From NCBI GenBank assembly GCA_016882385.1, contig VGQC01000001.1, positions 6,081-70,080 of the forward strand: a DNA stretch of 64,000 nucleotides, given 5' to 3'. The DNA comes from Cyanobacteria bacterium M_DeepCast_100m_m1_067. GTDB taxonomy: Bacteria > Cyanobacteriota > Cyanobacteriia > PCC-6307 > Cyanobiaceae. Shown here one piece after another: positions 1 to 9,739 of this stretch. Within the stretch, counting starts at the first letter, position 1, and each line of letters starts with the position of its first letter. The position numbers and the translations under genes are program-made. The notes beneath the pieces were generated by a model. That model saw nothing but the letters and a program-made list of their open reading frames with translations, was not told the DNA's origin and did no database searches.

Positions 1-137
1 AGGGTGGGGATGCCGGTGCCGATGGCAATGCGACGGGCCATGCGATTGGCCACCGCATCCGGAATCACCTGCTGGCGCGCGGGTTGACGCGAGCCTTTGC
101 CGGCTGGAACTCGGCTTTGAATTCCTTTGCCGGCCAT
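1..137 (-). CDS. PAM68/DUF3464 family protein, 5' part (runs off window edge)
   Basis: Hand-translated from ATG at 137: MAGKGIQSRVPAGKGSRQPARQQVIPDAVANRMARRIAIGTGIPT. The IPxxVANRMARRI motif is typical of PAM68, which follows rpsO in cyanobacteria. Confidence 0.8.
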   Translation of the reverse strand, partial: MAGKGIQSRVPAGKGSRQPARQQVIPDAVANRMARRIAIGTGIPT

Positions 138-150
138 GGACGCGCTCCGT

Positions 151-420
151 TCAGCCGCGGATGCCGAGCTTGGCGATCAGGGCGCTGTAGCGCTCCTTGC
201 TGATGCCGTTGAGATAACCGAGCAGCCGCTTGCGGCGGCCGATCATCTTCAGCAGACCCTGGCGCGAGGAGAAGTCGTGCTTGTTCTTCTGGAGATGGCC
301 GGTCAGCTGGCTGATCCGCTCACTGAGCATGGCCACCTGCACTTCCACCGAGCCGGTGTCGGTGCCATGGGTCTGGTGACCGTTGATCAGTTCCTGCTTT
401 TTGGTGGTGGTGAGCGGCAT
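151..420 (-). CDS. rpsO: 30S ribosomal protein S15
   Basis: 89 aa from ATG at 420: [12 protein letters not shown]...[12 protein letters not shown]...[24 protein letters not shown]. Confidence 0.98.
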   Translation of the reverse strand: MPLTTTKKQELINGHQTHGTDTGSVEVQVAMLSERISQLTGHLQKNKHDFSSRQGLLKMIGRRKRLLGYLNGISKERYSALIAKLGIRG

Positions 421-512
421 GGGCTGGGGAGTGAAGCGCAGGCTGGGCCCGGGCTGGGGACCTACGGTGCAAGCGACCACCATACCGCCCAGGGGTCTGG
501 GTGGCTGCCGCT

Positions 513-1160
513 TCAGGCCACCTGGCGTGACAGCCAGCGCAGGCATTCGCGGATCCAATCTTCCGCCCCAGCCTCTTCCCCGAGCCCGCCTGCGGCCACG
601 GCCCGCAGGGCCCGGTGAATCTCCAGGGCCTCGTAGCCCAGGGCCGCCAGGGTGAGCTGCACCTCATCCCGGCCCGCAGCGGACAGCAGGGGGCCGTCCG
701 CCAGGGGATCGCTGTCGTCCTGCCCCTCCAGCTGCCCCAGGAATCGCTGCTGCAACCGGGTGCGCAGTTCCACCGCCAGCCGTTCCGCGGTGCGCTTGCC
801 CACGCCCGGGGCCTGGCAGAGCCGGCGCAGATCGGCCTGCACGATCGCCTGCACCAGCTCGCCTGGATCCATCACGCCCAGAAGCCCCAGGCCCATCTGG
901 GGGCCCACGCCACTCACGGCCACCAGCTCCCGGAACAGATCCCGCTCATGGCGTTCGCCGAAGCCGTAGAGGATCCAGGCGTCATCGCGGATGGTGTGGT
1001 GGATGTGCAGGCTCACGGCACTGCCTTCCGCCGGCAGCTGCTGCCATTGGCGCTGGCTCACCTGCACGTCGTAGCCCACTCCCTGACACACCAGCATCAG
1101 GCCGAAGCGTTTGTCCTGCTGCCAGGGATGGGTGAGTTGCCCTTGCAGCCAGCCGATCAT
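513..1160 (-). CDS. ruvA: Holliday junction branch migration protein RuvA
   Basis: MIGWLQG start, GVGYDV, LYGF, VSGVGP, HhH motif [12 protein letters not shown]-terminal LAALGY domain. Confidence 0.96.
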   Translation of the reverse strand: MIGWLQGQLTHPWQQDKRFGLMLVCQGVGYDVQVSQRQWQQLPAEGSAVSLHIHHTIRDDAWILYGFGERHERDLFRELVAVSGVGPQMGLGLLGVMDPGELVQAIVQADLRRLCQAPGVGKRTAERLAVELRTRLQQRFLGQLEGQDDSDPLADGPLLSAAGRDEVQLTLAALGYEALEIHRALRAVAAGGLGEEAGAEDWIRECLRWLSRQVA

Positions 1161-1253
1161 GGGAGCAGTGAAAGGTCCCCCATCGTGCCCGCCCTGCCCA
1201 GCCGTGCCCAGGCCTCGCCGCACGGAATCCTGTTGCCCGCGATTCGGCCGCCC

Positions 1254-1709
1254 GTGATTTGGCAGACCCGCCGGCTGCTCGGTTGGTTGTTGCCGCTGGT
1301 GCTGGTGGTCTGCACCGCGCTGACCGGTTGCAGTGGTGTCGCTCAGCCACCGCGCTCGGTGTTGCTGCAGGCCCTGGAGTTGCAGATCCAGCTCACCCAG
1401 GGGGCCATCGCTGAGGCCCTCGCCCTCGAGGCCGGCGGCACGCCGGAGGTGAGCCGGGTGCGGGTGTCTGAACAGGAGTCGGTGCGGATCGGCGACGCCA
1501 AGGGCCTGCGGGTGCTGGGTCAGTTCGACTGGCGCCTGGCCGGCGATCCGATTCGGGTCGATAGCCCCTTTGAGCTCTATCTGCAGCGTGGGGAACGGGG
1601 CGAGAGCTGGCGTCTGGCCAGGCCCAGCGGCCTCGCTGCCGATGGCGTTCCAGGGAACGATGCCAACGTGCAGGCCTGGATCACCGACCCCCTGCCGCTC
1701 AAGGGCTGA
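1254..1709 (+). CDS. putative lipoprotein, cyanobacterial hypothetical
   Basis: GTG at 1254 in the frame of the 615..1709 ORF. Signal peptide with lipobox LTGC; C-terminal FELYLQRGERGESWRLARP. Confidence 0.7.
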   Translation: MIWQTRRLLGWLLPLVLVVCTALTGCSGVAQPPRSVLLQALELQIQLTQGAIAEALALEAGGTPEVSRVRVSEQESVRIGDAKGLRVLGQFDWRLAGDPIRVDSPFELYLQRGERGESWRLARPSGLAADGVPGNDANVQAWITDPLPLKG

Positions 1710-1764
1710 TCAGGCTTCAGGACCCTTCCCTTCGTCATAAGCACAGCTTCGCGAGCCGCACCCT

Positions 1765-2229
1765 ATGGAGACTCCCGCCCCGCCCTGGCTGCCTGAGTGC
1801 GTTGCCCGCAGCTATCCCGGCTGGGTGCAGCGCAAGGCCGTCACCCTGTGCAAGCGGGATCAGAAGCGCGGCGGCAGCGGCAATGTGCAGGACTACCGCC
1901 TCGCCATTCACAACGCCGTGGTGGCCTCAGCCGGCCTGGACCACTGGACCGGCGAGCCGCTCGACTGGCACCTGATCGGCAGCTATGACCCCAAACAAGC
2001 CGATGCCGGTGGGGCTGAGCACAAGCGCCGGTTTGCCCTGCTGCCCACGCCCAGCCAACCCACAGGCAGTCCGGAGCCTGCTTTTGTGATCTGCGCCTGG
2101 CGCACCAACGATGCCCGCCATGACATGACGCCGGAGGAGCTTTTGGAGTTTTGCCGCCGGGTGGTGGCCCACGCCGAGGCCAAGCTTGAGTCGGCGGCCG
2201 CAATCAGCGCGCCCGCTGGCGGTGACTGA
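1765..2229 (+). CDS. hypothetical protein, possible degenerate HNH-like fold
   Basis: 154-aa ATG ORF filling the intergenic space. Motifs DHWTGEPL and FVICAWRTNDARHDM. Confidence 0.7.
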   Translation: METPAPPWLPECVARSYPGWVQRKAVTLCKRDQKRGGSGNVQDYRLAIHNAVVASAGLDHWTGEPLDWHLIGSYDPKQADAGGAEHKRRFALLPTPSQPTGSPEPAFVICAWRTNDARHDMTPEELLEFCRRVVAHAEAKLESAAAISAPAGGD

Positions 2230-3067
2230 GGCTCACCAGGGTGGCGGCCAGCACCAGCGCCGCGCCAGCGATGGTCCAGGCGTCGATTGCTTCGCCGAAC
2301 AGCAGCCAGCCCCAGCCCCCCGCAAACACCACCTGCACGTAGCTGATGGCTGTGGCCCGCGCCGCTGGCAGGGCCATCAGACTGCGAGTTAGGTACACCT
2401 GGCCCAGTTGGGTGAACAGCCCCACACCGAGGAGCCAGAGCAGTTCCACCGGGGTGGGCAGCACCGGATGGAGCGCCACCAGCGGCAGGCTCAGGGGCAG
2501 GGCCACCAAGGGGAAATAGAAGACGATCACTAGCGGGTGCTCGCTCTGGCCCAGGGAGCGCACACTCACGTAGGCCAGGGCCGTGAACAGGGCCCCGGCC
2601 ACGGCGATCAGCACCGGTTGCCAGGCCAGGGCCATGCTGCCGCCGGGCTGGGCCACCAGCAGCACCCCCAGCCAGCCGAGGGCCATGGCGGCCAGCACGC
2701 GCTTGCCGATGCGCTCGCCCAGCATCAGCCAGGCCAGCAGGGCCGTGAACGGCGGATAGAGGTACTGCAGCACCGTGGCTGAGGCCAGCGGCAAAGCGGC
2801 CAGGGCGGCATAGACGCAGAGCAGGGCGGCGGTGCCGATCGCTCCGCGCCAGATCAGCAACCAGCGGCGCTGGCCCCAGGGGGGAATGCCAGCCCGGCGC
2901 AGCATCCACCAGCTCAGAGCCACACTCACAATGGCCCGGGCCAGCACCACCTCGGCGGCGGGAATGCGGCCGCCCACTTGCTTCACGCACACGCCCATCA
3001 GCGAAAAACTCAGGGCGCTGGCCACCATTCCGAGCATGGCCCGCCGGCCCCGGTCAGAATCGGTCAT
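2204..3067 (-). CDS. DMT/EamA family transporter
   Basis: About 10 hydrophobic segments, two EamA repeats (ATVLQYLYPPFTALLAWLMLGERI; GWLLFGEAI). Start could be 3067 or 3088. Confidence 0.9.
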   Translation of the reverse strand: MTDSDRGRRAMLGMVASALSFSLMGVCVKQVGGRIPAAEVVLARAIVSVALSWWMLRRAGIPPWGQRRWLLIWRGAIGTAALLCVYAALAALPLASATVLQYLYPPFTALLAWLMLGERIGKRVLAAMALGWLGVLLVAQPGGSMALAWQPVLIAVAGALFTALAYVSVRSLGQSEHPLVIVFYFPLVALPLSLPLVALHPVLPTPVELLWLLGVGLFTQLGQVYLTRSLMALPAARATAISYVQVVFAGGWGWLLFGEAIDAWTIAGAALVLAATLVSLSHRQRAR

Positions 3068-3099
3068 CGCTTCAGCGCCCACCGCCACCCTCGATCGCC

Positions 3100-5193
3100 T
3101 TGAGCCTGCCGCGCCTCCACCCCCGCACGATCGAGGCCGTCAAGGAACGGGCCGACATCGTTGATGTGGTGGGCGAGCACGTGGTGCTCAAAAAGAAGGG
3201 GCGGGAATACGTCGGCATCTGTCCCTTCCACGACGACACCTCGCCGTCGATGACGGTGTCCCCGGCCAAGCAGTTCTACTACTGCTTCTCCTGCGGAGCC
3301 GGGGGCAATGCCATCAAGTTTTTGATGGAGCATCAGCGCCAGAGCTTCAGCGATGTGGTGCTGGAGCTGGCGCGCAAATATCAGCTGCCGATCGAAACCC
3401 TTGACGGCCCCCAGCAGGAGCGCCTGCGCAAGCAGCTCTCCCGCCGTGAGCAGCTGCACCGGGTGCTCACCCTGGCGGCGGGCTGGTTTCGCAGCCAGCT
3501 GCGCGCTCCCGAGGGAGCCGCCGCTCTCACCTACCTTCGCGACAGCCGCGGTCTCAGTGAAGCCACCCTGGAGGCCTTTGAGCTCGGCTACGCCCCCGAC
3601 CGCTGGGATGGCCTGCTCAGCCACCTGCAGCAGGTGGAGGGGCTGGGTCCGGAGTTGCTGGAAGCGGCGGGCCTGGTGGTGCCCCGCAAGGGGGCTCTTT
3701 CACAGGACAGCCGTGGCTTCTACGACCGCTTCCGCCACCGGGTGATGGTGCCGATCAAGGACCGCCAGGGGCGGGTGATCGGCTTTGGTGGCCGCAGCCT
3801 TGATGGCGGCGAGCCGAAATACCTCAACTCTCCCGAAACGGAGGTGTTCGAGAAGGGTAAGCACCTCTTTGGCCTCGACAAGGCCAGCAATGCCATCCGC
3901 AAGGACGACCGCGCCGTGGTGGTGGAGGGTTATTTCGATGTGATTGCCCTGCATGCCGCCGGCATCACCAACGCCGTGGCGGCCCTCGGCACGGCGTTGA
4001 GCAGCCAGCAGATCACCCAGCTGTGCCGCTGCTGCGAGAGCCGCCGGCTGATTCTCAATTTCGACAGCGACGGCGCGGGTGTGCGGGCCGCCCAGCGGGC
4101 CATCGGCGAGGTGGAGCAGTTGGCGCTGCAGGGTCAGCTGGAGCTGCGGGTGTTGCACCTGCCCGCCGGCAAGGATCCCGACGAATTCCTCAAGGGCCAG
4201 GGGGCTGGCGAGTACCGCTCCCTGCTGGATCAGGCCCCGCTCTGGCTCGACTGGCAGATCGAGCAGGTGCTGGAGGGGCGCGATCTGGCCCGGCCCGATC
4301 AGTTCCAGCAGGCGGTGACGGCCCTGGTGGCCCTGCTCGGCAAGCTGCCCCAGAGCGCCGTACGCAGCCACTACCTGCAGCGGGTGGCCGAGAGGCTCAG
4401 TGGTGGCCAGGCGCGTCTGGCGATCCAGCTGGAAGACGACCTGCGCCAGCAGGTGAAAGGCCAGCGCTGGCACGGCCGCTCTCAGAAGTGGGAACAGCCC
4501 GGCGAGGCGGGCCTGCGGGAACGGGCCGAGGCGGAGCTGCTGCGGCTCTATCTGCACTGCCCCAGCCACCGCGCCGCCATCCGGGTGGAGCTGCGCCAGC
4601 GCGAGCTGGACGATTTCGCCCTGCAACACCACCGCCTGCTGTGGGCCGCGATCAGCGCCCTGGAGGAGGACAACCTGGGGGTCGGCCGGCTGGAGGCGAT
4701 CAACCGCGGCAGCGATCCCGGCCTCGACCTCGGCGATCTCGACCTGCCCCGGCTGCTGGGTGATCAGCTGGTGGTGGAGCAGAGCGCCCTGCTCAGCCGC
4801 TTGACGCCGCTGCTGGAGCCCAATGAGTTGCAGCGCATGGCCCTCAGCCAGCCGATGTTGCAGCTGCGCGGTGCCACGGCGGCCCTGGAGCGCCAGAAGA
4901 GCGTCAAGCGCTGCCGGCACCTGCTGGATGCCTGGAGCAGCCAGCGCCTCGAAACCCTGGAGCGCTGCATCGCCCGGCTGCTGGATGAAGAGCGGCAGGA
5001 GGCGCGGGCCGCTGCCTCGGGTCTGGCACCGGTGAGCGACATGGAGGCTCGGATTGATGCCCTGTTCACCGAGCTCAATGGCGATGCTCTGCGCTTCCAG
5101 GAGCTCTATTACAACGAGCGCAAACACCTGGAGCACCTTGATTCCCAGCGCCGTGCCGGTTACGGGGAGGTGATGGCCCAACCGGCTGCCTGA
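3100..5193 (+). CDS. dnaG: DNA primase
   Basis: CHC2 zinc finger CPFHDD...CFSC, YDRFRHRVMVPI, PKYLNSPET, TOPRIM motifs VVEGYFDVI and FDSDGAG, KDPDE. Confidence 0.98.
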   Translation: MSLPRLHPRTIEAVKERADIVDVVGEHVVLKKKGREYVGICPFHDDTSPSMTVSPAKQFYYCFSCGAGGNAIKFLMEHQRQSFSDVVLELARKYQLPIETLDGPQQERLRKQLSRREQLHRVLTLAAGWFRSQLRAPEGAAALTYLRDSRGLSEATLEAFELGYAPDRWDGLLSHLQQVEGLGPELLEAAGLVVPRKGALSQDSRGFYDRFRHRVMVPIKDRQGRVIGFGGRSLDGGEPKYLNSPETEVFEKGKHLFGLDKASNAIRKDDRAVVVEGYFDVIALHAAGITNAVAALGTALSSQQITQLCRCCESRRLILNFDSDGAGVRAAQRAIGEVEQLALQGQLELRVLHLPAGKDPDEFLKGQGAGEYRSLLDQAPLWLDWQIEQVLEGRDLARPDQFQQAVTALVALLGKLPQSAVRSHYLQRVAERLSGGQARLAIQLEDDLRQQVKGQRWHGRSQKWEQPGEAGLRERAEAELLRLYLHCPSHRAAIRVELRQRELDDFALQHHRLLWAAISALEEDNLGVGRLEAINRGSDPGLDLGDLDLPRLLGDQLVVEQSALLSRLTPLLEPNELQRMALSQPMLQLRGATAALERQKSVKRCRHLLDAWSSQRLETLERCIARLLDEERQEARAAASGLAPVSDMEARIDALFTELNGDALRFQELYYNERKHLEHLDSQRRAGYGEVMAQPAA

Positions 5194-5208
5194 TCCTCTG
5201 TGCGGCTG

Positions 5209-5268
5209 TGCCCAACATGACGTTTCACACCCCGTTTCACACCCCGTTCAACGATTTGTTCAACACGT
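5209..5268. repeat. five-unit 12-bp-period direct repeat array
   Basis: tgcccaacatga / cgtttcacaccc / cgtttcacaccc / cgttcaacgatt / tgttcaacacgt. Units 2 and 3 are identical; approximate core GTTYMACA. Confidence 0.7.
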
Positions 5269-5313
5269 CTGGATTCCCCCCAAACCCACCCCGAGCTCCT
5301 CGGCCTTGTTCTG

Positions 5314-5667
5314 ATGTCTCCGTCTCTGTTGCCGCTCCGCCTCACCGTTGTCGGCGGGCTCGGCCTGCTTGGCCTGGCTGCTGCTCTGTTGCCTGGCTCC
5401 CAACCGGCCCTGGCGCAGGCCCCGGCCCAGATCCCGGCCCAGAGCCAGGCTTGCCCCTGCAGCTGTGAGCAGCCCAGCATGGGGCTGATTGGGCCGGATG
5501 GCTTGTGTCAGTGCCCCTGTGGGGCTGTGCCGATTCCCGGCATCGATGCCGAAACCCTCTCAGGGCCGCCCAAGCCGCCCAAGGCCGGGGGACCGGCACC
5601 CACCTGGACCGTTGAACCTGGCTTCGAGGATGGCTTTGGTGGCCCTTTCTGGGGTGACTGGTGGTGA
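5314..5667 (+). CDS. secreted Cys-rich hypothetical protein
   Basis: Hydrophobic signal peptide ending in PALA-Q, then CPCSC and CQCPC motifs, a Pro-rich linker and a GPFWGDWW tail. Confidence 0.6.
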   Translation: MSPSLLPLRLTVVGGLGLLGLAAALLPGSQPALAQAPAQIPAQSQACPCSCEQPSMGLIGPDGLCQCPCGAVPIPGIDAETLSGPPKPPKAGGPAPTWTVEPGFEDGFGGPFWGDWW

Positions 5668-5746
5668 GCGGTCACCCATCGCTACCCAATGTCGCCGTAG
5701 CGCCCCGATACGCTGGAGTTCTCTTTGCACTGCCAAGACCCGGGCC

Positions 5747-5998
5747 ATGGGGTTTTTCGAGGTGTTCTGGCAGGGCGAGGCCATCGGGGATGGCGGTGAT
5801 CTCGAGGAAGCCCTCACCGCCTATCTCGCCGTGCAGCCCGAGGAGGGCAGCTGGGCTGAGGCCTGCACTGCAGCGGAGGAGCAGCCCTGCATCCGGCGCT
5901 ATGCCTCTTTTGAGGCCTACCTCGACAATGCCGACGAACTCGAGACCATTCCGGTGACCGCCGCCATGATCGAGGCAGCCCTGGTGCCGCTCGCCTGA
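5747..5998 (+). CDS. small acidic hypothetical protein (83 aa)
   Basis: ATG at 5747 inside the 5489..5998 ORF: MGFFEVFWQGEAIGDGGDLEEAL...RRYASFEAYLDNADELETIPVT. Confidence 0.75.
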   Translation: MGFFEVFWQGEAIGDGGDLEEALTAYLAVQPEEGSWAEACTAAEEQPCIRRYASFEAYLDNADELETIPVTAAMIEAALVPLA

Positions 5999-6018
5999 GT
6001 GCGGCCCTGTCAGACCCA

Positions 6019-7326
6019 TCACCAGGCCTGCACGATCGGGATGGCATCCAGCCGGGTGGTGGCGGCACCGGAGAGCCGCGAGCGCCGCATCTGCCAGGGC
6101 GTCTGCAGGCCGGCGGCGGCCCATTGCACGGTGCCGCTGCCGTAGTGGCGGTTGAGGCGATCGATGGCGGCCATCAGGGCTGAGCGGCGGTGCTGCTGCT
6201 CCAGGGGCAGCGGCACCAGCAGGTGGTGCTGCAGGATCTCCTCGCTCTGCAAGTCCTGCAGCAGAACGCCAGCCTTCTGCAGGGGTTTGTGGGGCTTGAA
6301 CAGCCGCTCCACCAGGGGGAGGGCCGCCTGCAGCAGGACGGCCGTGTCGCTGCTGGCCAGCGGCAGGGTCACCGTGGCGCTGTTGCTGTAGAAGCTGGTG
6401 CCATTGAAGGGGCTGCTGCGCACAAACACCGTGATGGCCCCGGCCCGTTGCCGTTGGCGCCGCAGCTTCTCCGCCGCCCGGCTCAGGTAGGTGGCGATCG
6501 CCTCTCTCAGCTGGGCCTGGGTGGTGATGGGCTGGCTGAAGCTGCGGCTGACGCAGGTTTCCCGCTTGGCGGCCGGCAGGGTGTCCAGCGGCAGACAGGC
6601 GTGGCCGCGCAGCTCCTGCTGCAGGCGCACGCCCACCACACCGCAGCGGCGCCGCAGTTCGCCGCTGGGCATGTCCCGCAGGGCGCGGGCATGGCTGATG
6701 CCGCGCAGGCGGCACCAGCGGGAGAGCTGGCGGCCGATGCCCCACACGTCTTCGATCGCGACCGCTTCGAGATGGGGATCGGGATCGGCGATGCTGCCGA
6801 AGTCCCACACACCGTCGCTTCCGGGTGCCGTTTTGGCGAGGCGGTTGGCGAGCTTGGCCAGCACCTTGCTGGGGGCGATCCCCACCGCTACCGGCAGGCC
6901 CAGCTCGCAGAGCACGTGGTGGCGCAGTTGCCGGCCCCAGTCGTGCAGGTCGCCGTGGCTGGCGGGCCGGTGCAGCGTGCCGAAGGCCTCATCGATCGAA
7001 TAGATCTCCAGCTGCTCCACCCACGGCTCCACGGTGGTCATCAGCCGCTGGCTCATGTCGGCGTAGAGGGCGTAGTTGGAGCTGCGCACCACCACACCCT
7101 GGCGCTCCAGCTCGCGCCGCACCTGGAAGTAGGGCTGGCCCATGCGGATCCCGAGGGCCCGCGCCTCGGCACTGCGCGACACGATGCAGCCGTCGTTGTT
7201 GGACAGCACCACCAGCGGTCGGCCCAGCAGCGCAGGATCCATCACCGCTTCGCAGGAGGCGTAGAAGTTGTTGCCGTCGATCAGCACGATCGCCTGGTGG
7301 CTGCTGGCCCAGGAGCTGCGGGGCAT
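6019..7326 (-). CDS. umuC: Y-family DNA polymerase V catalytic subunit UmuC
   Basis: DGNNFYASCE, VLSNNDGC, SSNYALYADMS, YSIDE catalytic motifs. C-terminal DUF4113-like WQMRRSRLS...TTR. Confidence 0.96.
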   Translation of the reverse strand: MPRSSWASSHQAIVLIDGNNFYASCEAVMDPALLGRPLVVLSNNDGCIVSRSAEARALGIRMGQPYFQVRRELERQGVVVRSSNYALYADMSQRLMTTVEPWVEQLEIYSIDEAFGTLHRPASHGDLHDWGRQLRHHVLCELGLPVAVGIAPSKVLAKLANRLAKTAPGSDGVWDFGSIADPDPHLEAVAIEDVWGIGRQLSRWCRLRGISHARALRDMPSGELRRRCGVVGVRLQQELRGHACLPLDTLPAAKRETCVSRSFSQPITTQAQLREAIATYLSRAAEKLRRQRQRAGAITVFVRSSPFNGTSFYSNSATVTLPLASSDTAVLLQAALPLVERLFKPHKPLQKAGVLLQDLQSEEILQHHLLVPLPLEQQHRRSALMAAIDRLNRHYGSGTVQWAAAGLQTPWQMRRSRLSGAATTRLDAIPIVQAW

Positions 7327-7332
7327 GGCGCT

Positions 7333-7713
7333 TCAGCGGTGGCCTGTGCCGGGCTCCAGGGTGCGGATGACGTGCACGGCCACCCCCCAGAGGTGGGGCT
7401 CGGCGCCGGGATCCAGCTCCAACGGGGGATAGGAGGGATGGGCCGCGTCCAGCCGCAGCCGGCCCCGGTGGCACACCAGCCGTTTGAGGGTGAACCCGCC
7501 ATCGAGCCAGGCCACCACGATCTGGCCGGGCCGGGGCTCAAGGCCCCGATCCACGATCAGCAGGTCGCCATGGACGATGCCGGCACCCTGCATCGATTCG
7601 CCACTCACCCGCAGCAACACCGTGCTGGCGCGGCAGCGGATCAGCGCTTCTTCAAGGCTGGTGGCAGTGAGACGGGTGGGGGTGAGGCTGGAGGGGAGAG
7701 CGGGGGGTGCCAA
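7333..7713 (-). CDS. umuD: UmuD-like S24 family protein lacking the N-terminal cleavage motif
   Basis: RVSGESMQGAGI..GDLLIVDR and FTLKRL give the Ser/Lys dyad. Lies 6 nt upstream of umuC. No AGFPSPA motif. Confidence 0.9.
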   Translation of the reverse strand: MAPPALPSSLTPTRLTATSLEEALIRCRASTVLLRVSGESMQGAGIVHGDLLIVDRGLEPRPGQIVVAWLDGGFTLKRLVCHRGRLRLDAAHPSYPPLELDPGAEPHLWGVAVHVIRTLEPGTGHR

Positions 7714-7734
7714 CGGCGCGCCGCAAACCCGATC

Positions 7735-7753
7735 ACGTTAGTTCAAATGTACT
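7735..7753 (-). promoter_or_regulatory. cyanobacterial LexA (SOS) box plus -10 element of umuDC
   Basis: Minus strand AGTACATTTGAACT (7753-7740) matches the AGTAC-N4-GTACT palindrome with one mismatch. It overlaps by 1 nt a TAACGT -10-like hexamer (7740-7735). Confidence 0.8.
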
Positions 7754-7777
7754 GACTCAGTGGGGCGCAGCGCCGGC

Positions 7778-8008
7778 CTAGTCCTGCGGGCCGGCATCCT
7801 CGGAGCCGGTGAAGCGCCGATAGAGCCACAGGCCGCCACCGCCCCACAGCAGGGTCCACAGCACGAAGGTGGTGAGCGTGCCGAGCTGGCCCGTCTCGAG
7901 GGAATAGACGCCGGCCTGGATCAGCCCGGCATCGATCAGGGAACCACCGATCCCCCAGCCCAGCACCCAGCTGAGCAAAAAGCCGATCGCCTGCAGATTG
8001 CCGGTCAT
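7778..8008 (-). CDS. small two-TM membrane hypothetical protein
   Basis: 76 aa with two hydrophobic helices (FLLSWVLGWGIGGSLIDAGLI; TFVLWTLLWGGGGLWLY). ATGA overlap with the upstream gene. Confidence 0.8.
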   Translation of the reverse strand: MTGNLQAIGFLLSWVLGWGIGGSLIDAGLIQAGVYSLETGQLGTLTTFVLWTLLWGGGGLWLYRRFTGSEDAGPQD

Positions 8009-8394
8009 GCCGGCGAGGTTAGGCGCTGGCTGAAGCGGCGGACGAACTGCGCCAAGGGCATCGGCCCGCAGCGGCGCTGCCAGCCCAGCCCGTCCGGGTA
8101 GCGGCGCCAGCAGGAGAGCCGATTGCCGCGGTGGTCGAGATAGATCAGGTAGCGGTAGGTGGCAGTAGCAGTGACAGTGGCGGCGGTGGCTGGGGCCTCC
8201 GCGGTGGGCAATGGCCGCAGCGGCTCAAACACGGCGGCAAGCTCCCGCCAGTTGCGGGGCGGCAGCCCGCTGGCCCGCAGCGGCGCGCCGAGCAGGCTGG
8301 CGAGGTGCTGGGGGAAGCCGGCATCGGGAAGCCACCAGTGGCCCTGGCGGGACCGGTGGGACTCGAGCAGGGAGATCACGGCGCCGCAGGCCAT
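8005..8394 (-). CDS. hypothetical protein
   Basis: 129-aa Trp/aromatic-rich ORF (YRYLIYLDHRGNRLSCWRRYP). Its stop overlaps the next start. Confidence 0.65.
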   Translation of the reverse strand: MACGAVISLLESHRSRQGHWWLPDAGFPQHLASLLGAPLRASGLPPRNWRELAAVFEPLRPLPTAEAPATAATVTATATYRYLIYLDHRGNRLSCWRRYPDGLGWQRRCGPMPLAQFVRRFSQRLTSPA

Positions 8395-8448
8395 GGGCAG
8401 GGAAGGGAAGGTCCCTTCACCAGTGCCCGGCCTGTCCCACCCTCACCC

Positions 8449-9724
<1,276 letters not shown>

Positions 9725-9739
9725 TCAGGCTGCTTGCCG

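Noticed and set aside
421-512. Possible S15 autoregulatory leader upstream of rpsO
   Set aside because: Only a weak GC-rich hairpin is visible and cannot be distinguished from chance without covariation.
615-1253. N-terminal part of the 364-aa plus-strand ORF
   Set aside because: Antisense shadow of ruvA. Only the part from GTG 1254 looks like a real lipoprotein gene.
5209-5268. Possible mini-CRISPR
   Set aside because: Units are 12 bp and contiguous, with no spacers and no cas genes.
5208-5468. 86-aa ORF containing FHTPFHTPFNDLFNT
   Set aside because: It is just the translation of the 12-bp repeat and overlaps the better 5314 ORF in another frame.
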